Source: Alphaproteobacteria bacterium (GTDB lineage: Bacteria; Pseudomonadota; Alphaproteobacteria; TMED109). Taken from it: DNA of 64,000 nt. The position numbers were made by a program, and so were the translations under genes. The notes under the pieces were generated by a model that had not been told where the DNA came from, searched no databases, and worked only from the letters and a program-made list of their open reading frames with translations. Shown here piece after piece: positions 54,161 through 63,312 of the stretch. How positions within the stretch are numbered: the stretch's first letter is position 1; the number at the start of each line of letters is the position of its first letter. The stretch covers positions 2,293,155-2,357,154 of the forward strand of contig OZ244069.1 of the NCBI GenBank assembly GCA_965215575.1. Reading direction: 5' to 3'.

Positions 54161-55927
54161 CCCGCTTCGCTCACCACCGGACCTGCCGCCGCCGGCTCAA
54201 GGCGTCTGCGGGCGGTGTCGGGGGTTTCGAAGCCGTTGGCGGCGTGCCCGGCGGCCCGGGGCCGCCGGGATCGGGCGCGACAGAGCCCGGCAATGCGGAT
54301 TCCGGGCGCGGGTCACGCTGGATGGCGGGCGCCGGGCAGACGGCCTCCGTGGCGCCGGTCGCGGCGCGTGCGGCAGGAGGAGGCTGGGACCGTCGCGGGC
54401 GGGGTCAGCCGGGCTCCGCGCGGGCCGGCGGGGCGCGCAGGGCGGCGAGCACATGCGCGAACAGCTCTTGCAGCGGGTAGCCGGACGGGAACGCGACCCG
54501 GATCCTGCGGACGGTGACGGTGATGCGGGCGGCGACCTTCAGCAACCGGGCGCGGATGGTGTCGGCGCGGGCGCGGGCCAGCGCCGTGCCCTGCAGCCCG
54601 ACCTGGCGCAGGAGGGTGAGCAGGGCGCCGGCGAACGCGGAGAAGGTCAGCCGCAGCTGGTTGGCGCGCATCGTCGCGCTCGAGGTGCGGTCGGCGAACA
54701 GCCACAGCTGCTGTTCCTTGATCCGGTTCTCCATGTCGCCCCGGGCGCAGTACAGGTCCTCGTAGAGGGCCTGCGCCCCGAGGGTGCGGCGCGGGATGTT
54801 GGTGACCACGAAGCGCGGGTTGGCGCCGCGCAGCCCCGGCAGCCACTCGGCCTTGCCGATCACCCGGCGGGCGCAACTCCAGGACGTCAACGTGCGGTAG
54901 CGGCATTCCCGGAACCGCCGCGAGGCCCGGCCGGTGGCGGCGCCCCGGCGCCGGGACTTGTGCAGCGCCTTCGCGAGCCACGGTTCCAGGCGGGCGTTGC
55001 GCGCGAGCCCGAACACGTACTCGAGGCCGGCGTCCTCGCACCAGCGCAGGATGTCCTCGCGGCAGAACCCGGCATCGCCGCGCACCCGGATCCGGGTCCC
55101 GGGCCAGCGCCGGCGGATCTGCGGCACGATCCGCGCCGGTTCGTCCACCGCGCCCGCCGCCGCATCGATATCGGCCGGGCGCAGCCGGGCGCACAGCACG
55201 TGCTCGCCGCAGGTCACGTACAGCGGGAGATAGCAGTAGTGCCCGTAGTAGCCGTGGAAGAACCGGCCCTCCTGGCGGCCGTGCAGCGGATCGTCGGTGG
55301 CGTCGAGATCCAGCACGATCTCCGCCGGCGGGGCGGCATGGGCCTCCAGGAACAGGTCCACCAGCAGCCGCTCGATCGCTTCCCGGTCGGCGGCAATCCG
55401 CTGGTAGCGGTCCTGCGCCGCCGCCTCCGGCACCCCGAGCTCCAGGCGGTTCAGCGTGCTCGATCCCGCCAGCGCATGCCCCCGGTCCCGCGCCCGCCGC
55501 CGCCCCTCCCCGGTCACGTCCGCACACCCGCTCGCCAGCGCGAAGGCGCTGTCGGCGCGCAGCCGGTCATGGTCGTTGAGGTCCTCGTAGCCCGCCGCCA
55601 GGGCCAACACCCGCTGCGCCACCAGCGTCTCCAGGCGATGCTCGATGCGTCGTGGGTCGCGGTGGTCCCGGAAGCACGCCGCCAGCCGCGACGTCACCCG
55701 GAAGCGCCGGTCGACCTCCCGCAGCAGCAGCACGCCGCCATCGGTCGTCAGCCGGCCGCCGTCGAACCGGCCTACCACCGCACGCCGGCCAAGGCCTTCA
55801 AACGTCAGTGGCGTCGAGGTACAGTCTGTGTGCATGGGGTGGCTCCGTCATGGCCGGTAAGGGGTTAACTTTCTTACCTGTACCACGCGTTCCGCTCCAT
55901 GCACCCCCCGCTGGTGAGATATCCGGG
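54161..55927 (-). mobile_element. IS1380-family insertion sequence, 1767 bp, flanked by 4-bp CTAG direct repeats
   Basis: Terminal inverted repeats CCCGCTTCGCTCACCACCGG (54161-54180) and the reverse complement of 55908-55927 (CCCGGATATCTCACCAGCGG) match at 15 of 20 positions. CTAG lies at 54157-54160 and 55928-55931. GC is clearly higher than the flanks. Confidence 0.8.
54405..55835 (-). CDS. IS1380-family transposase
   Basis: 476 aa. The N-terminus is TPLTFEGLGRRAVVGRFDGGRLTTDGGVLLLREVDRR. Also AAGYEDLNDHDRLR and HGYYGHYCYLPLYV. Confidence 0.9.
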   Translation of the reverse strand: MHTDCTSTPLTFEGLGRRAVVGRFDGGRLTTDGGVLLLREVDRRFRVTSRLAACFRDHRDPRRIEHRLETLVAQRVLALAAGYEDLNDHDRLRADSAFALASGCADVTGEGRRRARDRGHALAGSSTLNRLELGVPEAAAQDRYQRIAADREAIERLLVDLFLEAHAAPPAEIVLDLDATDDPLHGRQEGRFFHGYYGHYCYLPLYVTCGEHVLCARLRPADIDAAAGAVDEPARIVPQIRRRWPGTRIRVRGDAGFCREDILRWCEDAGLEYVFGLARNARLEPWLAKALHKSRRRGAATGRASRRFRECRYRTLTSWSCARRVIGKAEWLPGLRGANPRFVVTNIPRRTLGAQALYEDLYCARGDMENRIKEQQLWLFADRTSSATMRANQLRLTFSAFAGALLTLLRQVGLQGTALARARADTIRARLLKVAARITVTVRRIRVAFPSGYPLQELFAHVLAALRAPPARAEPG

Positions 55928-56755
55928 CTAGAACCAGCCCTTGTCCTTGAGGTCGCTGGCGAAGGAACGGCTCACCGGGACCGCGCTTCCATTCACCAGG
56001 TGGAGCACTATCCGGCCGTTTCGGCGCGCGATCCTGTCGAGGGCGGCGCGGGCGACCCAATGGGAACGGTGTACCTGCGCGCCGTCCAGATCTGCGACCT
56101 CGCGCAGCGCGTCCCGGAACCGGATCAGGAGTAGGTCGCTTCCCCGGTCAGTATGAATCTCCAGATAGTGATCCTGCATGTGCAGGTGCAGCAGGTTCCG
56201 TCCAAGGCGGGCCGGGATGCGCTTTAGAAAGGCGTTGGCGGGCGTGGCGGGGGGTGGCGTCAGATGCGGTGCCTCTTCCGGTTTCACGTGCCGTGACGGC
56301 CGGACGTTCAACCAGGTGACGAGGGACGTCAGTACGAGATGAATCGCAATGACCTGCGAGTACAAGGATGTGATTCCCACCGCACCGGCAGCTCGGGAGT
56401 CCATGAAGGCTGTCACCAGTAGCCATACCACGGCGGTCCCCGGTATCGCCGCCACCGCGCTCCCGCCGGCAACCACCACAGCCCAGGCGAGCATTCCCCG
56501 CCTCCAGAATGCCAGCATTGCGCCGAATCCGACGATCAGTCCAAAGATCCAGTTGGCCGCCGTCGCGAGGGCCCAGAACGCGACCCGGTCCGGTAACGCT
56601 AGACGGCCCCAGGTGTCGAACGGCCCGAGGTAGGCAAGCACTGCGACCGCGGCCGCGAGTCCGAGAGCCTGGTATTCGAACCGAAGCCGCGCCTGCAGTT
56701 CACGAAACGCGAATTGCAGCGTGTGTCTCATTCGCGAAAAAAGACGTTGCCTCAC
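55928..56755 (-). CDS. Membrane-anchored LytTR-domain DNA-binding protein
   Basis: About 4 TM segments followed by a LytTR domain (LHLHMQDHYLEIHTDRGSDLLLIRFRDALREV...VHRSHWVA). GTG 56755 or ATG 56731 is the start. The stop TAG lies inside the IS target duplication. Confidence 0.8.
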   Translation of the reverse strand: MRQRLFSRMRHTLQFAFRELQARLRFEYQALGLAAAVAVLAYLGPFDTWGRLALPDRVAFWALATAANWIFGLIVGFGAMLAFWRRGMLAWAVVVAGGSAVAAIPGTAVVWLLVTAFMDSRAAGAVGITSLYSQVIAIHLVLTSLVTWLNVRPSRHVKPEEAPHLTPPPATPANAFLKRIPARLGRNLLHLHMQDHYLEIHTDRGSDLLLIRFRDALREVADLDGAQVHRSHWVARAALDRIARRNGRIVLHLVNGSAVPVSRSFASDLKDKGWF

Positions 56756-56862
56756 GAATTTCCGCTTGTCAGCACCGACGGGGCCGGGAACCCTTTCCGT
56801 GGCAGCCCGCTCTTAGCGAAGTGCTGCCATATCGATTATCACACTCTCGTGGAGGACACACC

Positions 56863-57312
56863 ATGCCCCGTTCCCTCATCGTAGCCACGACGACCGCGGG
56901 CATCATGACCCTAGCTGGTCTGGTTGCGTTGCCCGCTTCCGCTGCCGATCTCACTATCGAGGTCCATGGTGTTCGTTCCGGTGCCGGCCACCTCTTCGTG
57001 GCTGTTCACACGCAGCGGGAGGGAGAGGAACTGCCATATGCGGCGGGCATGTTCGCAGGTACACTCCAGCAGGCTCGCGAAGGCAGCATGCGGTTCGTGT
57101 TCCTTGATCTTCCGGCCGGGCGTTATGCCGTGCAGGGGTTCCACGACGAGAACGGCAACGGGGAACTCGACTCCAGCGCGCTCGGAATCCCGACGGAAGG
57201 GTACGGTTTCGCGAATGATCCTCCTTCACAGTTCGGTCCTCCCAGCTTCGAGGAAGTTGCGGTGACAATCAGCGATGAACTGGCGAAAGCTGTACTGACC
57301 ATCACGTATTGA
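56863..57312 (+). CDS. DUF2141 domain secreted protein
   Basis: GGAGGA RBS and signal peptide LAGLVALPASA. Contains HDENGNGELDSSALGIPTEGYGFAND. Confidence 0.75.
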   Translation: MPRSLIVATTTAGIMTLAGLVALPASAADLTIEVHGVRSGAGHLFVAVHTQREGEELPYAAGMFAGTLQQAREGSMRFVFLDLPAGRYAVQGFHDENGNGELDSSALGIPTEGYGFANDPPSQFGPPSFEEVAVTISDELAKAVLTITY

Positions 57313-57518
57313 CGCGGAAGAGGGGCCGAGGATGCAATCGAACCACAGCGTAAGCCGGCGGCGCCTGCTGGTGTCGTCCTCCCAGCTTCGAGGAAGTTGC
57401 GGTGACAATCAGCGATGAACTGGCGAAAGCTGTACTGACCATCACGTATTGACGCGGAAGAGGGGCCGAGGATGCAATCGAACCACAGCGTAAGCCGGCG
57501 GCGCCTGCTGGTGTCGTC
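57236..57518. repeat. Perfect tandem duplication, 140-bp unit, two copies
   Basis: 57236-57378 is identical to 57376-57518, with GTC microhomology at the junction. The unit spans the last 25 codons and stop of the DUF2141 gene, the intergenic RBS, and the first 15 codons of the oxygenase gene. Confidence 0.95.
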
Positions 57519-59022
57519 AACGCTTGGAGGGGCCGCGGCCCTTGTCCCGTCGGGCATGCTGCCATTGGGCCGGAACTTGGCGGGGGCGGAGAAGTCCGAA
57601 GAAGACTGGTCCGAGGGCTTCTCCGCTAGCGTCAGATCGGATCCGATGCTGCTGGGCTGGCAAGGGATAACCGTCGATCGACTCGCCAGCGAAGCCCGGA
57701 TTGATGGGCGCCTCCCGGCGGAGCTTCGGGGCACCTTGTATCGCAATGGGCCTGCGGTGCACGAGCGGTTCGGGCTTCGTTACCGCCACTGGTTCGACGG
57801 CGACGGCATGGTGCAGGCGTTCCGCTTTGACGGCACAGGAATCAGCCATCGGGGACGGGTAATTCAGACGCCCAAGTTCGCTCAGGAGGCCGCGGCCGGA
57901 CGACGGCTCTATCCCACCTTCGCGACCTTGGTGGTTCGTGCGGCGCCGGTGCGCGAGCCCGACGACCTCAATGCCGCGAACATCTCCATGCTTGACCACC
58001 ACGGTGAATTGCTCGCTTTGTGGGAAGGCGGGTCAGCGAGCCGGCTCGACCGCAAGACGCTTGCCTGGCAGGGCTTCAAATCCTGGAGCGAAGGGCTGCA
58101 GGGCGCGCCGTTCACTGCCCACCCCAAGGTCGAGACCGACGGAACCCTGTGGGCGTTCGGTATTAGCTACCTCCCTAGGATGCGATTGGTGCTGTACCAG
58201 ATTGCGCCTGACGGAGTGCTGATGAACTTTGCGGTGATCGACGTAGGTCGTATCGGCATGGTTCACGACTTTGTGGTCACAGAGAGACACCTTGTCATCG
58301 TCATCCCGCCGTTCATTTTCGGGCCGGAAGCGATACGAGACAAAGCCTTCCTCGACGCGATCGCCTGGCGACCGGAGCTGGGTTCGCGGGTGCTCATCAT
58401 CGCCAAGGACGATTTCTCGGTGCGGCGCTGGCATCAGCTTCCGGCCGGCTTCGGCTTTCACCATGGCAACGGCTGGGAAGACGCAGAAGGCGTTATCCGA
58501 TTCGATCACTGCATTGCGGCTGACGCCACGTTCTTGACTGAGCGGACCCGGTTCATCATGCGGGGCGAGTTCCGCAGTGCTGCGCCGGAGCGCTACACGC
58601 ACTTCACTCTGTACCCGGATGGGAAAGCCGATATCGAGACCACGCCGGGGTGGACCGAATTTCCCCGGGTTGCGCCCTCGGTAGTGGGCCGGCGTAACCG
58701 TTACGTCTATACGCTCGGTGCGCCGGACAGCGCGGGCGAGCGATGGCTCCGGCGGGTCGAGAAACGTGATCTCCAGCGCGGCACCCTGGACGCGTTCGAC
58801 GTTGGTCCCGGTGTCATCCCGGAGGAGCATGTGTTCGTTCCGCGGCGAAATCCGATTGACGAGGACGACGGGTGGCTAGTCGGTACATTCCTTGACTACG
58901 AGCGGCGCGAGAGTGGCGTCATGGTCTTTGACGCCAGCCGGATCGGGGACGGGCCGATCGCGCAGGGGAGGTTCGACTACGCTTTGCCTCTTGGATTTCA
59001 CGGCCACTTCAGCTCGGCCTGA
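57472..59022 (+). CDS. Carotenoid/apocarotenoid (stilbene) cleavage oxygenase family protein with Tat-type signal
   Basis: The N-terminus is SRRRLLVSSTLGGAAAL. Contains LYRNGPAVHERFGLRYRHWFDGDGMVQAFRF, and His-containing blades (FTAHP, MVHDF, GFHHGN, GFHGHF). Confidence 0.9.
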   Translation: MQSNHSVSRRRLLVSSTLGGAAALVPSGMLPLGRNLAGAEKSEEDWSEGFSASVRSDPMLLGWQGITVDRLASEARIDGRLPAELRGTLYRNGPAVHERFGLRYRHWFDGDGMVQAFRFDGTGISHRGRVIQTPKFAQEAAAGRRLYPTFATLVVRAAPVREPDDLNAANISMLDHHGELLALWEGGSASRLDRKTLAWQGFKSWSEGLQGAPFTAHPKVETDGTLWAFGISYLPRMRLVLYQIAPDGVLMNFAVIDVGRIGMVHDFVVTERHLVIVIPPFIFGPEAIRDKAFLDAIAWRPELGSRVLIIAKDDFSVRRWHQLPAGFGFHHGNGWEDAEGVIRFDHCIAADATFLTERTRFIMRGEFRSAAPERYTHFTLYPDGKADIETTPGWTEFPRVAPSVVGRRNRYVYTLGAPDSAGERWLRRVEKRDLQRGTLDAFDVGPGVIPEEHVFVPRRNPIDEDDGWLVGTFLDYERRESGVMVFDASRIGDGPIAQGRFDYALPLGFHGHFSSA

Positions 59023-59672
59023 ATCGCCCCTTCAGGACCGCTATCAGTAAACGGGTCGGGCGCTAATCCCTTGCGCACGAACAAGAATAATTGCAAGACC
59101 TGAGGAAGCCGAAAGGTTCCAACCAAATCGCTACAACAGAAGCCGTTACTGGCGTAGGAGTCGCAGTAAAGCCGCGCAATGCATGGCCGGGGAATCAGAG
59201 GCCGAATGCACGATCCTGTCCGAAAAAGCCCGGCTCGCCGGCGTTCTGGGGTCTGGGTCTGCCCCCGACGTTCCAGCCCAATGACTGGAAATTCCGGCGT
59301 TTCGCGAATGCTCTTGTCCCGATTCGCAGTTATTCATGCCCCGAGTCGGAGGTGCTTCAGAACTATGGCCTGACGCTCGACTCGATCCTGCCAACGCGAA
59401 GCTTGAGGCCGATCTGGGCGTCGTTCTCGCCCGTCTGGTCCGCGCAGCGTAAGCGCCTTCGAAGCTTAGACCGGGGCCGTGCCCCTGGATCGGGCTCTCA
59501 AGCCCTCACGCTCTGCTCGTCGGCAGTTGTTGAACAGACGCCGGTAGGATGCCGCGCACCCGGCAAGCCGCATTGTTGCTTGCTCTCTCTTGTCACGTAT
59601 GTGTCGAGTTGACCGAGAATTTTCCCCAATGCGCCCCGACACCTTGCTTCGGCGGGTAGTGGTACAAACCGT

Positions 59673-61949
59673 TCAAGCACGGATTACGTCGACCAGGGTC
59701 GTGTGCGCGGTGCAGCCTTGGCCAATGCGCGAGGTGCCGATGTCCCGCGTTAGCACATTCGGATTGCCTTGGCAGTCGGTGTCGTCTTCGTCGGGATCAA
59801 ACCAGGCGCCAGTGGATATGGCGACGACGCGTTCCCGGATGTCGTCCGAGATCTTGGCTCTAGCGCGACATCGGCCCCGATCGTTGAATACGAGAACCAG
59901 GTCGCCGTCGCCGATCGCGCGCGCCCTTGCGTCCTCGGGATTCATGACGATCGGCATCGGGCGCGCATCCTCGATGTCCGCGAGCGCACTCTCCATTTGG
60001 CTGTGTAGTTTGTCGCCGGGTTGCGGCGACACGAGATGGAGCGGATAGGTGGCGGCGGACAGCGCGCCAAGCCATTCATCGGGCGCACGCCAGACGGGAT
60101 GGCCCGGGCACTCGTCATATCCGAAGTCCGCGATGGTCTCCGAGAAGATTTCGATCCGGCCGGAAGGGGTATCGAGCGGGTTCGCGACCGGGTTCTCACG
60201 GAAGGCGGCAAAGGGAACCGGGGCGAATTCGGGGCCTTCAATCGGAAGTTCCACCCAGTTACGTTTCCGCAACTCGTCGAGGCCCGGAGTTTCGACGCCG
60301 TCGCGCGCCGCGTTCTGGCGGAAGCGGTCGTAGAGGTAGCGTTGCCAATCCGCGGCCGTCCGGCCTTCTGAGAACGCCACGCCCTTGCCCAGCCGACGCG
60401 CCAGTTCTGTGAAGATCTCATAGTCGTCGCGAGCTTCGCCCACGGGTTCGATCAGCCGGTCCATGTGAAACAGATAGGCGTCGTTCGGCGAGCGCCCGAT
60501 ATCCTCACGCTCGAAGGGTGTCGTGGCCGGAAACACGATGTCAGCCCGCTTCGCCGTGGCGGTCCACCAGGGTTCGTGGACGATGATCGTGTCAGGCTTC
60601 TCCCAGGCTCGGTTCAGCCGGTGCAAGTCCTGATGGTGATGGAACGGGTTGCCGCCGCACCAGTAGATCAGTCGGATGTCCGGGTAAGTCCTGCACTGTC
60701 CGTTGAAGTCATATTGGGCACCGGGATTGAGCAGCATGTCTGCGATGCGTGCCACCGGGATCGCCTCAGCGACGGGATTGTCTCCTTGGGGGAGTGACAA
60801 GCCGGTCAAGCGCTTGAGGGGAACACCGACACCACCGATCGCTCCATAGCCGTATCCGATGCCACCGCCGGGAAGGCCGATCTGTCCCAGCATCGCCGCC
60901 AGGACCGCTGCCATCCAGTAGGGCTGCTCTCCGTTCTGTCCCCTCTGTAGGGACCACGCGACGGTGATCAACGTGCGTGTCGTCGCCATCCTGCGTGCGA
61001 GTGCATCAATTCTTTCTACGTCGATGCCGCAAATTGCGGCCGCCCAATCCGGGGACTTCGGCTGACCGTCCGCTTCGCCGAGAAGGTAGGTGCGAAACCG
61101 GTCATAGCCGATCGTGCACCGGTCCAGAAACGTGCGATCGACGAACCCCTCCGTCTCCAGAACATGGGCGATCCCCAGCATCAGGGCGGTGTCGGTGCCC
61201 GGTATTGCGGGAAGCCACTCGGAGCTTGCGATGGTGTCCGTGCGCTGCGGGCCAATATTGACGAGATGCATGCCCTTCGCCCGGTAGCAGTCCAGCCACC
61301 CGAGGGCCTGGTGCCGGGTCACCCCGCCCATGCTCACCTGCGAATTCTTCGGGTTGATCCCGCCGAACATGACGAGGGTCTCGGTGTGCCCTTCGATCAT
61401 TGGCCAGGGGTTCTGATGACCCCATAGCAGCTTGAGAAACGGCATGCCAAACACGTGGGGGATGATGGCCTGTGCCCCGGCGGTGCTGTAGCTAGCGACC
61501 GAGGCGACGTAGCCGCCGATCGAGTTCAGGAATCGGTGGACCTGGCTTAATGCATGGTGGAAGCGGCCGGCACTGGCCCAACCGTAGGAGCCGCCGAAGA
61601 TTGCGCTGTTGCCATGTTCGCGCCGAACGCGCTGGAGCTCGGCACCGGCGATATCCAGCGCCTCGTCCCAAGGGAGTTCGACGAAGGTGTCCTTTCCGCG
61701 ACACGCCCGCGCCCGGTCTGCGCGCCCTTCGAGCCATCCCTTGCGGATCGACGGACGGGAAACCCGCGTGCGGTGGTGGATGGCGGCGGGAACAATATCG
61801 GAGATGGCAGGGGGATTCGGATCATCCGCAAAAGGCGCTGCCGCAACGATTCGGCCGTTTTCGGTCGTTACCTGGATCGCACCCCAGTGGCTGGTGGTGA
61901 CCCTGGTTTTTCGGCCCGCAGCTGGGCTTTCTTTAGTGACTCGCGGCAT
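59673..61949 (-). CDS. Molybdopterin (bis-MGD) S-/N-oxide reductase, BisC/TorZ-like, cytoplasmic
   Basis: GGTGGAG RBS. TTSHWGAIQV, FGGSYGWASAGRFHHA and YSTAGAQAIIPHVFG are collinear with E. coli BisC as I recall it. No Tat signal. Confidence 0.85.
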   Translation of the reverse strand: MPRVTKESPAAGRKTRVTTSHWGAIQVTTENGRIVAAAPFADDPNPPAISDIVPAAIHHRTRVSRPSIRKGWLEGRADRARACRGKDTFVELPWDEALDIAGAELQRVRREHGNSAIFGGSYGWASAGRFHHALSQVHRFLNSIGGYVASVASYSTAGAQAIIPHVFGMPFLKLLWGHQNPWPMIEGHTETLVMFGGINPKNSQVSMGGVTRHQALGWLDCYRAKGMHLVNIGPQRTDTIASSEWLPAIPGTDTALMLGIAHVLETEGFVDRTFLDRCTIGYDRFRTYLLGEADGQPKSPDWAAAICGIDVERIDALARRMATTRTLITVAWSLQRGQNGEQPYWMAAVLAAMLGQIGLPGGGIGYGYGAIGGVGVPLKRLTGLSLPQGDNPVAEAIPVARIADMLLNPGAQYDFNGQCRTYPDIRLIYWCGGNPFHHHQDLHRLNRAWEKPDTIIVHEPWWTATAKRADIVFPATTPFEREDIGRSPNDAYLFHMDRLIEPVGEARDDYEIFTELARRLGKGVAFSEGRTAADWQRYLYDRFRQNAARDGVETPGLDELRKRNWVELPIEGPEFAPVPFAAFRENPVANPLDTPSGRIEIFSETIADFGYDECPGHPVWRAPDEWLGALSAATYPLHLVSPQPGDKLHSQMESALADIEDARPMPIVMNPEDARARAIGDGDLVLVFNDRGRCRARAKISDDIRERVVAISTGAWFDPDEDDTDCQGNPNVLTRDIGTSRIGQGCTAHTTLVDVIRA

Positions 61950-62739
61950 ATCTTGCTCCACCTCGTTTACCGGGCCTCGGCCTGGCCTCCCGTCAATCCC
62001 GGGCAATCTCTGTAATCAAGTCGCCTCTTTGCGTTCACTCGTCCCTGATGCCGATCTGCTGATGTCCACGACCCGGCCAACTCGCGTCGAAGCGGATCTT
62101 CGATGAGCTTGCTGTGGATCGGTCCTGGTCAACTGGTCCAAGCGAAATGTTAGTGCAAGGTGAGTTTTGCGGCCATGACGGCCATGCTGTCGCCGCAATT
62201 CTGCCGCCCCGGCTGCGCCGCGGCGACGTAACCCTTCACCGGCACCACCAAGTCAGGGGCGTCCACCCGCCAGACCGCCTCAGCGATGTCCTCGAATGGA
62301 TCAACGAGTTGATTTCCCGCGATCAGGCTCTTGGCTTGCGGCGATCCGTGGTCCGGCCGGCGGCGTTGCTCAAAACCGATGCTCTTGGGATACCTCACGG
62401 CTGCCAGCAAACAACACCGTGTCATGTTCCAAGACCGTCCGTTCAGTCAAGAGAATGCGTCAGATCGCATGGACATGATTGAGGAACGTCGGTCTCGCTG
62501 ATTCGATACCTCTGCATCCGAAGAAAGGGCAGTGAAGACACTGCGGTCCTCAAGATTCCTGGATTTGCCGCATCTGGCGTCCTGAATGGCTGTCAACTTA
62601 TGATGAACACCGGTGCCGAGGCTGCGAAACGGGCCAACAGCGTCTGTAAACAGGTAAGTTGGTCGGTTGTCGCTGATCGACTTTGCGATACGGGCGAAGG
62701 CGGTGGCGAGGAGAATTACGGCAACTTGGGAGTAGGGCG

Positions 62740-63129
62740 ATGATCGATCGGATAGATCATGTGGTGCTCAACTGTCGCGACGTCGATGGGATGGCGGAAT
62801 GGTATGAACGGGTGTTGGGATTTGAACGCGAGGAATTCTTCGGGCCGATTCGGCGGATTGCACTCAAATTCGGCCGCCAGAAGATCAACCTTCGTCCGAG
62901 CGGGGTGAAGAGTTGGATGACCGGTGAGGTCGATCCGCCGGGCGCGTTGGATCTCTGCTTCGTTACGGAAGGCGGTCTCGACGCAGCAATCGAGCGTCTG
63001 CGGGCAGAGGCTGTCGACATCGTCCACGGACCCGTCGCACAGAAGGGCGCGCTGGGCGAGATGACCTCGGTCTATTTCCGGGATCCGGAGGGCAACTTGC
63101 TCGAGATCGCCTCCTACGGCTCAAATTAG
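62740..63129 (+). CDS. VOC (glyoxalase/bleomycin resistance/dioxygenase) family protein
   Basis: MIDRIDHVVLNCRDVDGMAEWYERVLGF and SVYFRDPEGNLLEI. Confidence 0.8.
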   Translation: MIDRIDHVVLNCRDVDGMAEWYERVLGFEREEFFGPIRRIALKFGRQKINLRPSGVKSWMTGEVDPPGALDLCFVTEGGLDAAIERLRAEAVDIVHGPVAQKGALGEMTSVYFRDPEGNLLEIASYGSN

Positions 63130-63312
63130 CCGTCGGATCGCCGGGCTTTCGGGCACGGCGATCGACAGTGGCGGGCTCGCCTTGCGACTTGCCACGAATG
63201 GATGGGGATGGCGATGACACGTCGTCTGACCGCTGACGCCCCCAAAAAGGGTGTCAGGGACCCGGCCTTGCGCCAAAATACCGGAAATATCTCAACCAAT
63301 CGGAATACCAGT

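Noticed and set aside
53955-55868. 637-aa plus-strand ORF, the longest unassigned ORF in the track
   Set aside because: It lies entirely antisense to the IS1380-family transposase and its flank. Its composition is dominated by Arg, Gly, Ala and Pro, and it has no motifs. It is an artefact of about 72% GC.
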